Under the pieces are notes generated by a model, which saw only the letters and a list, made by a program, of their open reading frames with translations, ran no database searches and was not told the DNA's origin. The position numbers and the translations under genes were made by a program. A stretch of DNA of 64,000 nucleotides from Chthonomonadales bacterium (GTDB lineage: Bacteria; Armatimonadota; Chthonomonadetes; Chthonomonadales; CAJBBX01), in NCBI GenBank assembly GCA_037443035.1, contig JBBIPC010000022.1:1-64000 (forward strand), read 5' to 3'. This document shows positions 29,686 to 40,233 of the stretch, one piece after another (position 1 is the first letter of the stretch; the number at the start of each line of letters is the position of its first letter).

Positions 29686-31251
29686 TCAGGTAGTTCCACC
29701 GCCTTCAGCCAACAGGACTGGTTTGTATCCACCCCTGGCCTTGAAGTAGGCCATGAGCAGGAGGTAGGCAACCAGCATGATCGCCGGGAAGATGGCCACG
29801 GCCTTCAGCGCCTCCTTCTTCCCCTCCTCGCTGAGCTTCTTCACCTCGTCCTTCTGCGCCTGGTCCGGAAGAGCTTCGACCTTGGTGGGGTCCACGGCCT
29901 CGTACTTGCCGAATACCCACCTCTTATGGGCGGCCACCTGCCGATGTACCGCCACGTTCTCGGTCTTCAGCTTGCTGTTGACGGAGCTGTCCTGAATATA
30001 GCCAAGGAATACAGCTCCGACGGTACCGACGGCCAGCATGCCTATGCCGCTGACACCATTGATCGTGAGCGCGCCTCCCTTGGGGAACTGCTCAGAGACG
30101 ACCCCCAACATGGCTGGCCAGAAGAACGTCTTGCCGATGCCGTAAATGGTGGCGGCGACCAAGATGGCCACGCCGATTGCCGAGGAGAGGTACACCAGAC
30201 CGATCATCGCCAACGCGGCTGCTATGGACAGGAGTCCGAGAGGAGATAGCCTGTGGACGATGCTACCTGCCAGGAACCTCAGCACCATCATGATGAACGA
30301 CGTGTACACGAGGATCCAGCCAGCCTGCATGCCGAACTTCTCCATCTCCGGCCCCATGAGATCGGTGACCCAGGTGTCGGTCCCGAGTTCGGTCGTCGCC
30401 AGCGGCATCATGATCAGCACCAGGACGATGAAGAGCCCGCGCCCCAATGCCCAGCCTGAGGCGAAACCGAAGGCGATGGTCGCGAGGAAGATCAGCGTCC
30501 ACGTGACCAGGTCGGGGAAGCTGAACACGCGTCCGATCTCCTTGAATACCAGGAACGAGACGATGAACGCGCACACGATGCCGAACTCGCGGAGCATCTC
30601 ACGATAGGAGACACCTGCCGCAACCCTCTCATGCACCGGGAACTTCTTGCCGAGCATGAGCGCGCCGTAGAGGATCGTCGGGATGAGGATCAGGCCGATC
30701 TTGTACTTCCAGTTGGCCTCCGGTCCCATGAACAGGTTCAGAAGCCCACCGAGAACGAGTCCTCCGGGCCATCCCGCATGCAGGATGCTGAGCCACTTCA
30801 CCTTCTCCCGCGGGAATAGCGTGGCCACGACGGGGTTGATAACGGCTTCCACCGTGCCCGCCGCGAGGGCACCGAGGAGCGAGCCGACATAGAAGGACCA
30901 GTAGATGGCACTCGGACTCCCCATGCCTGGTGCCATGATAGTAACCACGGCGAACAGAACATGGCAGATGAACGCGAACGCCATGGCCGTCCCGTACCCC
31001 ACGCGATCCACCACGAGACTGAAGAGGATGATGCTGATGGAGAAGGGCCACAGCCCGACACCAAGTATCTCGCCCTTCTGTGTTTCGTTCCAGCCGAACT
31101 GCGTGCCCCACGTGCCGATGAGCATGGACCGTGTGACGAAGCAGAACGACGTGGCCACTAGAGCGGCAAAGCATGCCCAGAAGAGCGCTTTCTTCTGCGC
31201 CTCCGGCATGGCATCTGCCGTGGTGGCCGTGGCGATGCCGCCTTCACTCAT
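29686..31251 (-). CDS. MFS transporter
   Basis: LVVDRVGYG, EAVINPVVA, LHAGWPGG, GKTFFWP, many TM segments; AAGGAGG RBS before ATG 31251. Confidence 0.9.
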   Translation of the reverse strand: MSEGGIATATTADAMPEAQKKALFWACFAALVATSFCFVTRSMLIGTWGTQFGWNETQKGEILGVGLWPFSISIILFSLVVDRVGYGTAMAFAFICHVLFAVVTIMAPGMGSPSAIYWSFYVGSLLGALAAGTVEAVINPVVATLFPREKVKWLSILHAGWPGGLVLGGLLNLFMGPEANWKYKIGLILIPTILYGALMLGKKFPVHERVAAGVSYREMLREFGIVCAFIVSFLVFKEIGRVFSFPDLVTWTLIFLATIAFGFASGWALGRGLFIVLVLIMMPLATTELGTDTWVTDLMGPEMEKFGMQAGWILVYTSFIMMVLRFLAGSIVHRLSPLGLLSIAAALAMIGLVYLSSAIGVAILVAATIYGIGKTFFWPAMLGVVSEQFPKGGALTINGVSGIGMLAVGTVGAVFLGYIQDSSVNSKLKTENVAVHRQVAAHKRWVFGKYEAVDPTKVEALPDQAQKDEVKKLSEEGKKEALKAVAIFPAIMLVAYLLLMAYFKARGGYKPVLLAEGGGTT

Positions 31252-31498
31252 GATGCGTCTTGCCTCCTTCACCCTGACAGAAATGTTGTGGGCGTATGCG
31301 GCACTCGGTCGCCAACAGTGCGACGCTTCCTATTATGTTCGTTGGGGCCGCTGGCCCATCCTTCCTGCGAGGTAATGGATTCCCGAAGACCATTGTGAGC
31401 CTTTATCACGGGACGAGCAGTCGGCAACGCGCCGCGCATATCCACCGCGGTCCAAAGGGGCTGTTCGCCACGGTTCGCCCACTTGCTCGCCGATATGG

Positions 31499-33883
31499 TC
31501 AACGCGATGACGCTTCAGGTTGGCTTTCCATCGGTTTGAAGAGGAACCAGCCCGCAAGCTCGCGCTGATCCCCGAAGTGAGGCGAGTCGGTGCACTCGCT
31601 CTGACCGGGAGGGAGTATGCTGACTCCCCGGACGGGTCGGCCGCATTCGACGATCTGAATGTACGTACCGCGATCCGTGGCCGGAATCGGCGGCAGCGGC
31701 GCGAAGTTGATGTTGCCACGGCTGAAGCGCCACATAGTCATGTCGTCACCTCGTTGTTGCTTCAACCTAGCCACGGCTCGCTCGAGAGCGTCGAGCATAA
31801 CGTCCTGGCGTCGCCGACCTTGCAGATAGTCGTGCTGAACTGGTACCGGCGACCGTCTGCCCTTCAGCACGTGGACGATGAAGCTCGGCTGCATGGCCTG
31901 ATGGAACAAGCCCTGTCCCTCCAACTTGATAAACCCAAAGGGCTTGCCAAAGAGGTCTTCTCTGAGCTCCACCAACCAGGAATCGAAGATGGTTTTCGCC
32001 ACGCTGCCTTCGGCGGCATGGCAATCCCATGCCCGCAGGTAGCTGGCCGCACGGCGTGCGTCATCCGACATTCGCACGCTCTTCGATCGGCCACTCTGCG
32101 CGACTGCAGCTTGGAGCATGGGCAGGAGCACATGTGCAGTGTAGTCGTAGGTGCCGATGTCCACGAGAATGTTGCGCAGGTCCTGGGTGGTGACTAGTGG
32201 CTTGGCGCTGAGTAGCTGTGCGATCCGTCCATTGTGGAATACCTCTCCCCATACCGGAGTGTCGCCGTTGTCCCACCAGACGGCAGGCTTGTTGTTCCAG
32301 TTCGCCAGAAACCCCTGCCGTGGGTTGACAATGTGCGGCATCCGTTCGAACGGGATGAAACCCTTCCACTCGTGGTCGCCTTCTCCAGGCGTGGGCAGTC
32401 GCGGATCCACACCTGCCGCCCGTATCGGCGTCAGGCCGCAGAACCAGAAGCCGATATCGCCGTCCTGGGTAGCACATAGCCAGTTGTGCGATGTCGGTAT
32501 CAGGGCACAGGCTCGGCCGAACTCCTGGACGTTTCGGGCCTTGGCCATGGCCGCGATAGCCTGGAACGTTTCCAGTTCGCGATCCCAGTAGCTCGCCTTG
32601 CGGGCATACGCCTTGCGGTTCTTCTCGTCCAACTGGATGACGGGACCATGGACCGTCCGATAGCACGTCAATCGCACAGGTTCACCACCCTTGACCGTAA
32701 TGGTCTCGGTCCGCTCCTCCATGGTAAGCCACTGACCTCTGAAACGGTAGAGCTTACTGTCGGTAGGGTGCAGAGTCTCGACGAAGATGTCGGTCTGGTC
32801 GTTGACTCCGGTGGTCGTGCTCCAGGCGAGATAAGCGTTATGGCCGATGAGCACGCCTGGGATCCCAGGAAAGCCCATCCCGATAACGTCTATGTCGTCG
32901 GTCTTGAGATGAACCTCGTGCGCGATCTGGGGCGTGCGGAAGCCCATCTGAGGTCCCCCCACGAGCATGGCATGCCCGGTGGCCGACTTCTTGGCACCAA
33001 CCGCGATGCAGTAGGATCCCCATCGGGTCATGATGCCGACACGCTGGGCAAGAGCCAGCCTCGCTGCCTGGTCTGCAACGTCTGCCGCAGCATGGACCGT
33101 CATCGCATCGCACCGTTTCACTAACCGCAACTGATCGTCTGGCACGGCGGTAAGCTTGCCGTTAGGGTCAGCCCAGTGGGGTTTGCCGGGCCATCTTTTC
33201 CCGTCCTCACCCGGAGCTATCGTTGTCGGGGATGCGGGATCGTTACGCCAAAGAGCGTCGTTGAAGAGTTTGAACGCCTCTTGCTTCTGCGAGTTCCGCA
33301 GGAAGCTCAAGATGAGCTGGTTGCGCAGTTCACCGCCCTCGCTTCCACCGAATCGTCGCGCCATCATCTGGCCAATAGCTACCGTATCGGTGACTGTCCA
33401 GGGCCTGATGGAAGCTACGTCGAGACCTTCGGAGGCACCTGGATAGTTGGCCGTGTTGCGCTTCCTACCGCTCGCCTGAGACTCCTTCAGGTACGCGTTC
33501 ACGCCATCGGCATATGCCCGAAGGACCTCTCGCAGTTCGCTGGGAAGACGTTGGTACTGTGCCAGCCGCTCCTCTTCTGTATACCCGTCGATCCGCGTTT
33601 CTCGATCCGCAGCCACCGCGGAGGGACCCACCAGTTCGGCCATTTCGCCCCGTGCTGCACGGCGATTGAGGTCCATCTGCCCGAGTCGGTCTTCTGCGAT
33701 AGCATACCCATTGGCATAGGATGCCGCCACAAGCGTCTTGGCAGTGATGTGTGGGACGCCGTAAACATCCCTTCGAATGGCGACCTCCTCGCCTTGGTAG
33801 GTCAGCCTGGTTTCGCTTTCTTGAAGGGATGCCACTCCTGTGATGCTGAGCACGAGAAGGATCGGTAATACTCGTCCTGTCAT
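31499..33883 (-). CDS. Penicillin acylase family Ntn-hydrolase (secreted)
   Basis: IRRDVYGVPHI, GYAIAEDRLGQM, GS(Y) beta-chain start, GHNAYLAW, RTVHGPV, NWNNKP, SPHFGDQ. Confidence 0.9.
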   Translation of the reverse strand: MTGRVLPILLVLSITGVASLQESETRLTYQGEEVAIRRDVYGVPHITAKTLVAASYANGYAIAEDRLGQMDLNRRAARGEMAELVGPSAVAADRETRIDGYTEEERLAQYQRLPSELREVLRAYADGVNAYLKESQASGRKRNTANYPGASEGLDVASIRPWTVTDTVAIGQMMARRFGGSEGGELRNQLILSFLRNSQKQEAFKLFNDALWRNDPASPTTIAPGEDGKRWPGKPHWADPNGKLTAVPDDQLRLVKRCDAMTVHAAADVADQAARLALAQRVGIMTRWGSYCIAVGAKKSATGHAMLVGGPQMGFRTPQIAHEVHLKTDDIDVIGMGFPGIPGVLIGHNAYLAWSTTTGVNDQTDIFVETLHPTDSKLYRFRGQWLTMEERTETITVKGGEPVRLTCYRTVHGPVIQLDEKNRKAYARKASYWDRELETFQAIAAMAKARNVQEFGRACALIPTSHNWLCATQDGDIGFWFCGLTPIRAAGVDPRLPTPGEGDHEWKGFIPFERMPHIVNPRQGFLANWNNKPAVWWDNGDTPVWGEVFHNGRIAQLLSAKPLVTTQDLRNILVDIGTYDYTAHVLLPMLQAAVAQSGRSKSVRMSDDARRAASYLRAWDCHAAEGSVAKTIFDSWLVELREDLFGKPFGFIKLEGQGLFHQAMQPSFIVHVLKGRRSPVPVQHDYLQGRRRQDVMLDALERAVARLKQQRGDDMTMWRFSRGNINFAPLPPIPATDRGTYIQIVECGRPVRGVSILPPGQSECTDSPHFGDQRELAGWFLFKPMESQPEASSR

Positions 33884-33947
33884 GTCTGTCCTCGTCTCGG
33901 TGGCCTACCGCATTACCCTCGGCTGCTCTGGCAGGACCGATGCAGTC

Positions 33948-35342
33948 TCATGTAAACAACCCCACTCTTTCAATGAGCGGAGGTGCAATAGACTTCTCGA
34001 TGCGCACATGAACACGGTCTGTGGTCACAGGATCGAAGCGCTCCAGTTTCTTGTGCCCTATCGTCGTACCGCGGCACAACTCCCGCCACTCACCAGCTAC
34101 AAACGCCCGAACGGAGTATTTCTCGACACGCTGACCTTCTGGAATGTGCTCCTGCAGCATCGCTATGGAGATCCGCTGGGCCTGGTTCCACGTAAGCTCC
34201 AACACTGCGTCGGCGGTTGTGCCGCCAGGGCACCACGCCGTGTTCTGCTTACCGTCTATGGCTGCAGACGGGGGGTGAGCAGAGAGCGACTGTGGGGCCG
34301 AAGCGCGTGCGTGGCGCCCCATATCTTTGGCGAACAGCCTATCCAGGGCCATGCGCCACTCTCTCAGCCGTGTCACGTCCGTATCGCTCAGAAGCCCCTC
34401 ACTGTTGGGTGGAACGTTCAGCAATAGCACACTGTTGCGGCCAACCGACTTGAAGTAGATATCCAGAAGGTGTTCCAGGGACTTCACCTGGTTATCTTCA
34501 CGACGGTGCCAGAACCAACCAGGCCTGATGGAAACGTCGCACTCAGCCGGATACCAAGCCCAACCATCTACCGCCTGACGAGCACCCGCGGGAGCGGGCT
34601 GCACGCTCCATTCGTTCTCCCGCGCATAGCCATCCTCGTTACCAACCCAGCGAATGTCGGGACCGCAGATGGCGATCAGTGCCCTCGGCTGGAGCTTGCG
34701 AATGAGGGAGTAGTAAGCCGGCCAATCGTACTCCTGGCGCTTGCCGTTAGGTCCTTCGCCGCAGGCTCCGTCGAACCACACTTCCGCGACTTCGCCATAC
34801 TTTGTGAGGAGCTCGGTCAGTTGATTCAGGAAGTACCGGTTATACGCGGGCGAGTCCCCGTAGGTTCTCTCGTGGCGATCCCACGGCGATAGGTAGAGGC
34901 CGAGCTTCAGCTTGGCCGCATGGACGGCACGGGCGAACTCGCCCACAACATCCCCTCTGCCGTTTCGCCACGCAGATGCTCTAACGGAATGATCGGTGAA
35001 CTTACTCGGCCAGAGGCAGAAGCCGTCGTGGTGTTTGGCAGTCAAGACAAGGTAACGGAATCCTGCCTCTTTGGCCACAGACACCCACTGATCCGCGTCC
35101 AGCTTCGTGGGATGGAAGATACGCGGGTGCTCCGTGCCTTCGCCCCACTCCCGGTCGGTGAATGTATTGACTCCAAAATGCAGGAACATGCTCAACTCTG
35201 ACCGCTGCCAGTCCAACTGCTCCTTGCTTGGCCTCACGCGTGCTCTAGGGTCCAGCGCATCCATGGGACGTCCTCCAAGAATCGATCCGAAACCCGCCGC
35301 GCAACCTGAGGCTAGCAAGAAGCTACGACGAGAGAACGTCAT
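33948..35342 (-). CDS. Alpha-L-fucosidase (GH29) with Tat signal and C-terminal F5/8-like domain
   Basis: SRRSFLL; TAKHHDGFCLW, YLSPWD, WFDGA, SIRPGWF, SVGRN. Confidence 0.93.
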   Translation of the reverse strand: MTFSRRSFLLASGCAAGFGSILGGRPMDALDPRARVRPSKEQLDWQRSELSMFLHFGVNTFTDREWGEGTEHPRIFHPTKLDADQWVSVAKEAGFRYLVLTAKHHDGFCLWPSKFTDHSVRASAWRNGRGDVVGEFARAVHAAKLKLGLYLSPWDRHERTYGDSPAYNRYFLNQLTELLTKYGEVAEVWFDGACGEGPNGKRQEYDWPAYYSLIRKLQPRALIAICGPDIRWVGNEDGYARENEWSVQPAPAGARQAVDGWAWYPAECDVSIRPGWFWHRREDNQVKSLEHLLDIYFKSVGRNSVLLLNVPPNSEGLLSDTDVTRLREWRMALDRLFAKDMGRHARASAPQSLSAHPPSAAIDGKQNTAWCPGGTTADAVLELTWNQAQRISIAMLQEHIPEGQRVEKYSVRAFVAGEWRELCRGTTIGHKKLERFDPVTTDRVHVRIEKSIAPPLIERVGLFT

Positions 35343-35344
35343 CG

Positions 35345-36532
35345 TCAATCAACCCATCCTTCCGTGAATCGAAACACCGAGTCGAAGTAACTCCGTAGCA
35401 TCAGCACAAGAAGGAGTCCACTCAACGCCAGAAAGAGCGAGAAGGCGAGTCGGTACATCCAGAATCGTGCAGCGTCCGTTGCCCGTTCCACATTCCTCTG
35501 GTAATACTCGGCGATCCTGTCGAGCATCTCGATGACTTCGCCAGACATGACGCCGGTCGCTATCAGATGCTCGGTCTCCGAGGCGAACAGCCCCGTGTTG
35601 TGGTACGCCTCGTGTAATGGTACGCCCTGCTCGAGCTCCTGCCGCACATCTACAAGGCGCTCTCGTATTACAGCATTCGGCACGACGGCGGCGGCTCCCT
35701 CCCATGCTTGGACCGGCAGGATGCCCGCAGCGTAGAGGCGCCGAAGCATGCGAACGAAGGCGGCCAGCGAGCGCTGCCGAGCCAGGTCGCCGAACACGGG
35801 TAGCCCGAGCGCCCACTCGGCACGCCGTCCGGCCATGGCAGGAGCCTGGACGCGACGCCAAACCCATCGAACGGCCGCGATTAGGGCGAGAGCTATGGGA
35901 ACATTGCGGACGAAGGCAAGGAGAAGATAGTGACGAAGGTCATTGTCTGGGAACAGAGTCGGAAACAACGGCTGGGCGACAGAGATGGCGAGCACGGACT
36001 GAATAACCAGTGCCCTGGGTAACCACATGCCTTTGTAGAAAGCGAGCTCGTACTCGTACTCCTGCGCTATCTCGTCACACGCGATGTCCAGGAAGCCACC
36101 GGTCTGGGCCGCCTGGACTGTCGCGATGATGTGAGGTGCAAAGAGGTCTGGATACCTCGCCATTGCGTCCGCGAGGCTTCCTCCTCTCTCGCTCGTGGAA
36201 CGCATCTCCTCTGCGACGTGTCGAAGTGCGTGGCTCGTCGTTCGTTGCGCAAGCTCACTGGTGGCGCGGAACGGGGCTATGCCTGCTCGCAAGAGAGAAG
36301 CGAGCTGCCGAAAGAACACGGCCTGGTCTGCTGGCCCGACTCGCCCCCGAAAATGCGTCGTCCGGTATTGCCACAACACCGGACGCGACGGATGGGAAGC
36401 TGGGACAACGCGCACCACCGTGTATCCTCGCTGAGCCAGGCGGCATCGCACCGTCGGCTCATCCGGCGCGTCCATGGCGCCGGAGAGCGTGGTGCCATGG
36501 GCATCTGTCACCTCATAGCGAAAAATGGGCAT
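35345..36532 (-). CDS. pilC: Type II secretion/type IV pilus platform protein (GspF/PilC family)
   Basis: MPIFRYEV...G.MDA, FFRQLASLLRAGI, GGSLADAM, G.V.EMLDRIAEYY; start reassigned to ATG 36532. Confidence 0.8.
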   Translation of the reverse strand: MPIFRYEVTDAHGTTLSGAMDAPDEPTVRCRLAQRGYTVVRVVPASHPSRPVLWQYRTTHFRGRVGPADQAVFFRQLASLLRAGIAPFRATSELAQRTTSHALRHVAEEMRSTSERGGSLADAMARYPDLFAPHIIATVQAAQTGGFLDIACDEIAQEYEYELAFYKGMWLPRALVIQSVLAISVAQPLFPTLFPDNDLRHYLLLAFVRNVPIALALIAAVRWVWRRVQAPAMAGRRAEWALGLPVFGDLARQRSLAAFVRMLRRLYAAGILPVQAWEGAAAVVPNAVIRERLVDVRQELEQGVPLHEAYHNTGLFASETEHLIATGVMSGEVIEMLDRIAEYYQRNVERATDAARFWMYRLAFSLFLALSGLLLVLMLRSYFDSVFRFTEGWVD

Positions 36533-36578
36533 TGGAGTGGAGTCCCAAGGGTCCGCGACCCTTTCGCGTACAGTTTCG

Positions 36579-37859
36579 TTATCGGCGTCGCGTCCGGAGG
36601 ATCTGGTCGTATACTGCCTCAATCTGCCGCGCTGTCTTGTCGATCGTGAACTCGGTGAGGGCCCGCTGACGACCGGCCTCGCCCATGGCCTGAGCACGCT
36701 CTGGATCCCCCAGGAGTCGGATGATGGCCTCAGCCATGGCGGTACTGTCACCCATAGGAACGAGAATGCCAGTCTCGCCGTCCACGACGATCTCGGGCAC
36801 ACCGCCGCCGCGAGTTGCGACCACCGGCTTTCCTGCGACCATGCCTTCCAGCACGACCTGTCCGAACGGTTCTGGCACAGTGGAGGCGTGAACGAGGATG
36901 GTGAACTGAGAAATCAGGTCAGGTACGTCGTTCCTGTGACCCGTGAACTCGACAACCTCATCGAGCCCAAGCTCCGCGCACTGCTGGTGCACTCGTTGCT
37001 CATAGTCATGTTCCCCGAACAACGGTGCGCCAACTATCATGAATCGTGCCTCAGGAAAGCGCGCTCGTACGCGAGATGCCGCCTCCAGGAAGATATGCTG
37101 TCCCTTCCACGGCGCGATCCGCCCAACTAGGCCAATGATGGCTCCACAGCTCGACCGGCGCCTGCGGTACGCCTCTGAGGGCAGGCCGTCGTGTGCGACT
37201 GCAGCGGCCTGAGCGTACGAGTTGGGAGACCCGGGCGGGTGAAACGCCTCTGGGGGCAGGCCGCTGTGTACGACTGCAGCTGTCTCGGGAAGGAGCACCA
37301 CTGCATCTCTTCCCGGCTTGCCGGTGGTAATCAGGCTCGCCAATGTAGCCCGCGAGTTGGCTATGACGAACCTAGGTATGTACCGCGCGGCTCGCCGGAC
37401 GAGTGTGGCCGCTGCCGCTGGCATGTAATCCGAAGCAATGCGGTCGCGAATGTGCCAAATAACGGGCACTCCGGCAAGCCGTCCAGCCAGTCCCCCGAGA
37501 AAGTCAGCCTTCAGCGAGTTCGTGTGTATGATGGCGGGTTGCCGACGCTTGACGAAGCGGTAAAGCCGATAAACGAACGCAGGATGCCGCAAGGACACTG
37601 AGCAGCGACATAGCCCCCATACCTGTAGACTATCTTTGCGAATGTGCAGCACGCGCGGATCGAGGGGGATGACATGGGTCTCTACGCCTGCCTCTTCGAG
37701 TTTCTCCCGCAGAGGACCATCGGTAAACAGACCTACCACAGGCTCGAAGCGTGACTTGTCGAGCGCGCAGACAAGATTGTAGAGCGCGATCTCCCCTCCG
37801 CTCATGATCGCAGAGTGATCGAGATAGAGAACGGTAGTTCTCTCAGGCATGGATGCCAT
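36579..37859 (-). CDS. Glycosyltransferase family 4
   Basis: SGGE, GRIAPWKGQ, EPFGQVVLEGM. Confidence 0.92.
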   Translation of the reverse strand: MASMPERTTVLYLDHSAIMSGGEIALYNLVCALDKSRFEPVVGLFTDGPLREKLEEAGVETHVIPLDPRVLHIRKDSLQVWGLCRCSVSLRHPAFVYRLYRFVKRRQPAIIHTNSLKADFLGGLAGRLAGVPVIWHIRDRIASDYMPAAAATLVRRAARYIPRFVIANSRATLASLITTGKPGRDAVVLLPETAAVVHSGLPPEAFHPPGSPNSYAQAAAVAHDGLPSEAYRRRRSSCGAIIGLVGRIAPWKGQHIFLEAASRVRARFPEARFMIVGAPLFGEHDYEQRVHQQCAELGLDEVVEFTGHRNDVPDLISQFTILVHASTVPEPFGQVVLEGMVAGKPVVATRGGGVPEIVVDGETGILVPMGDSTAMAEAIIRLLGDPERAQAMGEAGRQRALTEFTIDKTARQIEAVYDQILRTRRR

Positions 37860-39054
37860 CGCTCGGGTTCGGCTTCATGGTCATTCCGTCGTCCGCCATC
37901 GCCTCGTACCATACTCGTTGGATATTCGGCCACACAACCTCCCACCCGAACCGCGTGGCGTATGCCACGCATTGTCGAGCGTCGGGTAACACGAGCCGTC
38001 CAGTCAGCGCGGCTCGTAGCTTGTCGGCGATGCCATCAGGATCTGTAGTCTCCACTATGAGCTCTGGCGAGATCCCACCCAACACCTCGGGGGTTCCCCC
38101 AACAGCGGTACCTATCACCGGAGTTCCTGCTGCGAGCGATTCGACGGTGACAAGACCGAAGCCCTCTAGCGCGATGGACGGAACGACAGTAATATCTGCT
38201 GCTGCGTAGGCCAACGGTAACAGAGAGTCGGGCAGATAGCCCATCAGTACTACGTGGTGCTCGAGACCGTGTGCGCTGATCAGCCGTCTCAGCTCCGATT
38301 CTATCTCCCCCTTGCCAACCACCATCACGCGGACCTTTGGGTACTCTGCCACCAAGATGCGGGTCGCTTCTATGAGGCGGTCCAGTCCCATACGCCGTGC
38401 CAGCCGTCTTACCGTCAAAACAACGAAATCATCGGGTGGCCAGCCCAGCTGCCGTCGGTAGTCCATCCGACCTTCCTTGCACACACCTTGGTAGCCGGAC
38501 AGGTCCACCCCGCCTGGCACAACGCGGATACGATCGCGACTTATCCCATACCGTTCACCCAGTATAGCGGCGAATGCAGCGGACAGCGTGATGAGCCGGT
38601 GTGCTCGCCGGTAGACACGTCTTTCGATAGCGCGCGCCAGAGCAGCTTGTACGCGCCACCGCGGTCCGGTGCGTTCCGCGAGGATCTCATCGGCCCAAGG
38701 GCCATGGAAGTTCACCACGATGGGGACGGTGTTCGTCATCGTTCTGAGAAAAGGATACGCATACAGGGCGAAGTGCGGATTGACGAGGGCAACCTCCTCC
38801 TTAGCAAGACCGCGCGCTACACGCTGAGCTCCCTTCCACTTGGCGAGCAGGCTGGCACCTTCGGCCGCAAGAGGTACGAGACGGGTCGGGCCCGCCTGGC
38901 CCGGACGCAGGTAGGTCACAACTCCGGTAGCCCCCCAGCCGTTGCGTGACGCAGCATACACAAGACCGTGGAAGTAGCGGTTCAGACCACCAGGTCCGTT
39001 AGGGAGCCATTCCGCTCCGATAAGGCACACGGCACCGCCCCGGTGGTCACTCAC
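37843..39054 (-). CDS. Glycosyltransferase family 4
   Basis: GGLNRY, FHGPWADE, RRLARRMG, EGFGLVTVESL. Confidence 0.92.
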   Translation of the reverse strand: MSDHRGGAVCLIGAEWLPNGPGGLNRYFHGLVYAASRNGWGATGVVTYLRPGQAGPTRLVPLAAEGASLLAKWKGAQRVARGLAKEEVALVNPHFALYAYPFLRTMTNTVPIVVNFHGPWADEILAERTGPRWRVQAALARAIERRVYRRAHRLITLSAAFAAILGERYGISRDRIRVVPGGVDLSGYQGVCKEGRMDYRRQLGWPPDDFVVLTVRRLARRMGLDRLIEATRILVAEYPKVRVMVVGKGEIESELRRLISAHGLEHHVVLMGYLPDSLLPLAYAAADITVVPSIALEGFGLVTVESLAAGTPVIGTAVGGTPEVLGGISPELIVETTDPDGIADKLRAALTGRLVLPDARQCVAYATRFGWEVVWPNIQRVWYEAMADDGMTMKPNPSDGIHA

Positions 39055-39069
39055 TTTGACCCCACGCCT

Positions 39070-40233
39070 TCAGGAATCCGGAGAGACAGTCCGGGCGTAC
39101 GTTCCGGTTCCATGTGTGGTAGGAGGGGCGTTTCGCTCGTACAGCGCCACTGCGGCCCGGAAAACGCGGTCGACATCCAGCATGCGCAGGCAGTCCACGT
39201 CATACGGGCAACGCAGCGTGCGGCCTATCGTCCTGAGAGTGTAGCATGGGCTGCAGTCAAGCCCCAGTCGCACTATGCTACTTTCGTTTCCGAACGGCCC
39301 GGATGCCCTCGGATCCGTGGGCCCGTAGACCGCTACCGTAGGCGTACCCACGGCGGCTGCGACATGCATCAGACCGCTACAGTTGGCTATTGCGAGGCGG
39401 CACAACGACAGGGCTGCGGCAGTTACTTTGAGCGAGAGCGATCCGGCAAGGACCAGTGCCTGAGAACGCATGCGCTGAGCGACCTGCTGCGCCAGCTCTT
39501 TCTCCTCAGGCCCCCCCATGATTGCCACCTGCATGCCGACTTCCGCAACGAGCCGGTCTCCTAGTTCGGCGAACCGCTCCGGTGCCCATCGTTTGAGTGT
39601 CATGTCGGCGTAGGATCCGGGGTGCAGCGCGGCAATACCCTTAGGGCTCTCCAAGGCTCTACCGAGGACCCTACGAGCCGCATGGACATCCTGATCGCCG
39701 AACTCGAAGTGCGTCGGATACTCCATACAAACCGTGCCGATGGCCCGAAGCAGGTCTCGGTTGAGTTCGACCTCATGGCACCCTTCCTGCGCGCGAAGAA
39801 CGTGTGTCAGTAGCCAGCTACCCTTGCTCGCATAACCTACGCGTGTGCCAGCTCCGGACAGGTACGCGAGCAGATTGGAGGCGAGACTCTGCGACGCCCA
39901 GCAGATGATGACTATGCCGAAACGACATGTGCGCAGCGCCAGGCCGTATTTCGCGACTTGATACAGGCCCTTTCGAGCGAAGGCAGGTACGACCACGATA
40001 TCGTCAACAAGATGACTGCCTGATATGACAGCATCCGAACCCCGTGGGGCAACAGCAACGTGCACCCTCGCCTCTGGGAAGGCATTGCGGCAGGCGGCAA
40101 GAAGCGGGGTTGCGTTGACCATGTTCCCGATGCCGGACAACGCCAAGATCAGCACGTCCTCCGTACCTCCGACGTAACGCTTCCGCAGTCCTCTGTGAGG
40201 AACCGAGGCTGCTGGCGGTGGACTTGCTCTCAC
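39070..40233 (-). CDS. Glycosyltransferase family 9 (heptosyltransferase-like)
   Basis: GIGNMV.ATP, HPGS...KRW, CSGLMHVAAAVGTPTVAVYGPT, CSPC. Confidence 0.88.
   Translation of the reverse strand: MRASPPPAASVPHRGLRKRYVGGTEDVLILALSGIGNMVNATPLLAACRNAFPEARVHVAVAPRGSDAVISGSHLVDDIVVVPAFARKGLYQVAKYGLALRTCRFGIVIICWASQSLASNLLAYLSGAGTRVGYASKGSWLLTHVLRAQEGCHEVELNRDLLRAIGTVCMEYPTHFEFGDQDVHAARRVLGRALESPKGIAALHPGSYADMTLKRWAPERFAELGDRLVAEVGMQVAIMGGPEEKELAQQVAQRMRSQALVLAGSLSLKVTAAALSLCRLAIANCSGLMHVAAAVGTPTVAVYGPTDPRASGPFGNESSIVRLGLDCSPCYTLRTIGRTLRCPYDVDCLRMLDVDRVFRAAVALYERNAPPTTHGTGTYARTVSPDS

Noticed and set aside
31252..31498. Riboswitch or sRNA in the 247 bp gap upstream of the MFS gene
   Set aside because: Only a possible CATAAT -10 box near 31336; no recognisable aptamer or terminator
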